Shown here: piece after piece, positions 62,745-64,000 of the stretch
Position numbering within the stretch: position 1 is the first letter of the stretch
Layout of the letters: each line of letters starts with the position of its first letter
NCBI RefSeq assembly: GCF_044704955.1
Contig: NC_092006.1
Span: 7,812,001 to 7,876,000, forward strand
From: Pristiophorus japonicus
Taxonomy: Eukaryota
DNA length: 64,000 nucleotides
Reading direction: 5' to 3'
Notes under the pieces: generated by a model
The model's input: the letters and a program-made list of their open reading frames with translations, nothing else
Told to the model about the DNA's origin: nothing
Database searches by the model: none
Position numbers and translations under genes: made by a program

Positions 62745-63445
62745 ACTCCAATGCACTCCTGGCTGACCTCCCACATGCTACCCGACCTAAACTAGAGGTG
62801 GTCCAAAACTCGGCTGCCCCCGTGTCCTAACTCGCACCGAGTCCCGCTCACCCATCACCCCCTGTGCTCGCTGTCCCCGTGTCCTAACTCGCACCGAGTC
62901 CCGCTCACCCATCACCCCCTGTGCTCGCTGTCCCCGTGTCCTAACTCGCACCGAGTCCCGCTCACCCATCACCCTCTGTGCTCACTGCCCCGTGTCCTAA
63001 CTCGCACCGAGTCCCGCTCACCCATCACCCCCTGTGCTCACTGTCCCCGTGTCCTAACTCGCACCGAGTCCCGCTCACCCATCGCCCACTGTGCTCGCTG
63101 ACCTACATTGGCTCCTGGTTAAGCAACGCTTCGATTTCAAAATTTTCATTTTCAAATCCCTCCATGTCCCTCGTCTCTCTACCTCTGTAATCCCCTCCAG
63201 CCCCACAACCCCCTGAGATCTCTGCGCTCCTCCAATTCTGCCCTCCTGAGCATCCCTGATTATAATCGCTCCACCATCGGTGGCCGTGCCTTCAGCTGCC
63301 TGGGCCCCAAGCTCTGGAACTCCCTCCCTAAACCTCTCCGCCTCTCTCTCCTCCTTCAAGGCGCTCCTTAAAACCTACCTCTTTGACCAAGCTTTTGGTC
63401 ACCTGTCCTAATTTCTTCTCCTGTGGCTCGGTGTTAAATTTTTGT
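62745..63445 (+). mobile_element. L2 3' fragment with 56/57-bp array (5 copies)
   Basis: Same unit and tail as the other L2 copies. Confidence 0.88.
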
Positions 63446-63449
63446 CTTA

Positions 63450-63967
63450 TAACATAAGAAATAGGAGCAGGAGTCGGCCATACGGCCCCTTGAGCCTGCT
63501 CCGCCATTTAATACGATCATGGCTGATCCGATCATGGACTCAGCTCCACTTCCCTGCCCGCCCCCTTATCGGTTAAGAAACTGTCTATTTCTGTCTTAAA
63601 TATATTCAATGTCCCAGCCTCCACAGCTCTCTGAGGCAGCGAATTCCACAGATTTACAACCCTCTGAGAGAAGAAATTCCTCCTCATCTCAGTTTTAAAT
63701 GGGCCGCCCCTTATTCTAAGACCATGCCCCCGAGTTCTAGTCTCCCCCATCAGTGGAAACATCCTCTCTGCATCCACCTTGTCGAGCCCCCTCATAACCT
63801 TATACGTTTCGATAAGATCACCTCTCATTCTTCTAAACTCCAATGAGTAGAGGCCCAACCTGCTCAACCTTTCCTCATAAGTCAACCCCCTCATCCCCGG
63901 AATCAACCGAGTGAACCTTCTCTGAACTGCCTCCAAAGCAAGTATATCCTTTCGTAAATATGGAAAG
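63450..63967 (-). mobile_element. CR1 LINE 3' fragment
   Basis: FPYLRKDILALEAVQRRFTRL...LWNSLPQRAVEA. Confidence 0.9.
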
Positions 63968-64000
63968 CAATAGCGCTCCTGTGAAGCGCCTTGGGACATT

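Overview
Repeat-dense vertebrate genomic DNA, most likely from a cartilaginous fish (shark), judged from the DeuSINE/SacSINE1-like, CR1, L2 and RTE families present. One host gene can be fully reconstructed by hand: PSMB4 (20S proteasome beta-7 subunit) on the minus strand. It has 8 coding exons from ATG 50936 to TAG 34157, a 786-nt CDS (261 aa), GT-AG introns throughout and consistent phases. A CpG-island promoter of an unidentified gene, probably on the minus strand, lies at about 19.3-20.1 kb. Most of the rest is retroelement debris: many CR1 LINEs (one nearly full length), L2, RTE, Tx1, a Ty3/Gypsy element, three solo LTRs, SINEs and a MITE. Most long ORFs in the track are read-throughs of tandem repeats. 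The most unusual pattern is pervasive local tandem amplification of 22-240 bp units. The same internal segment is expanded in many separate SINE and L2 copies, and the PSMB4 exon-2 splice acceptor is triplicated, leaving two upstream decoy acceptors that lead to a stop codon. Other leads are an extra PSMB4 intron relative to my recollection of the human gene, a bipartite RTE-derived short element family, a hammerhead-ribozyme relic and CTCF-like motifs carried by LTRs. Exon coordinates were read base by base; repeat boundaries are approximate and family names are from memory, not database searches.
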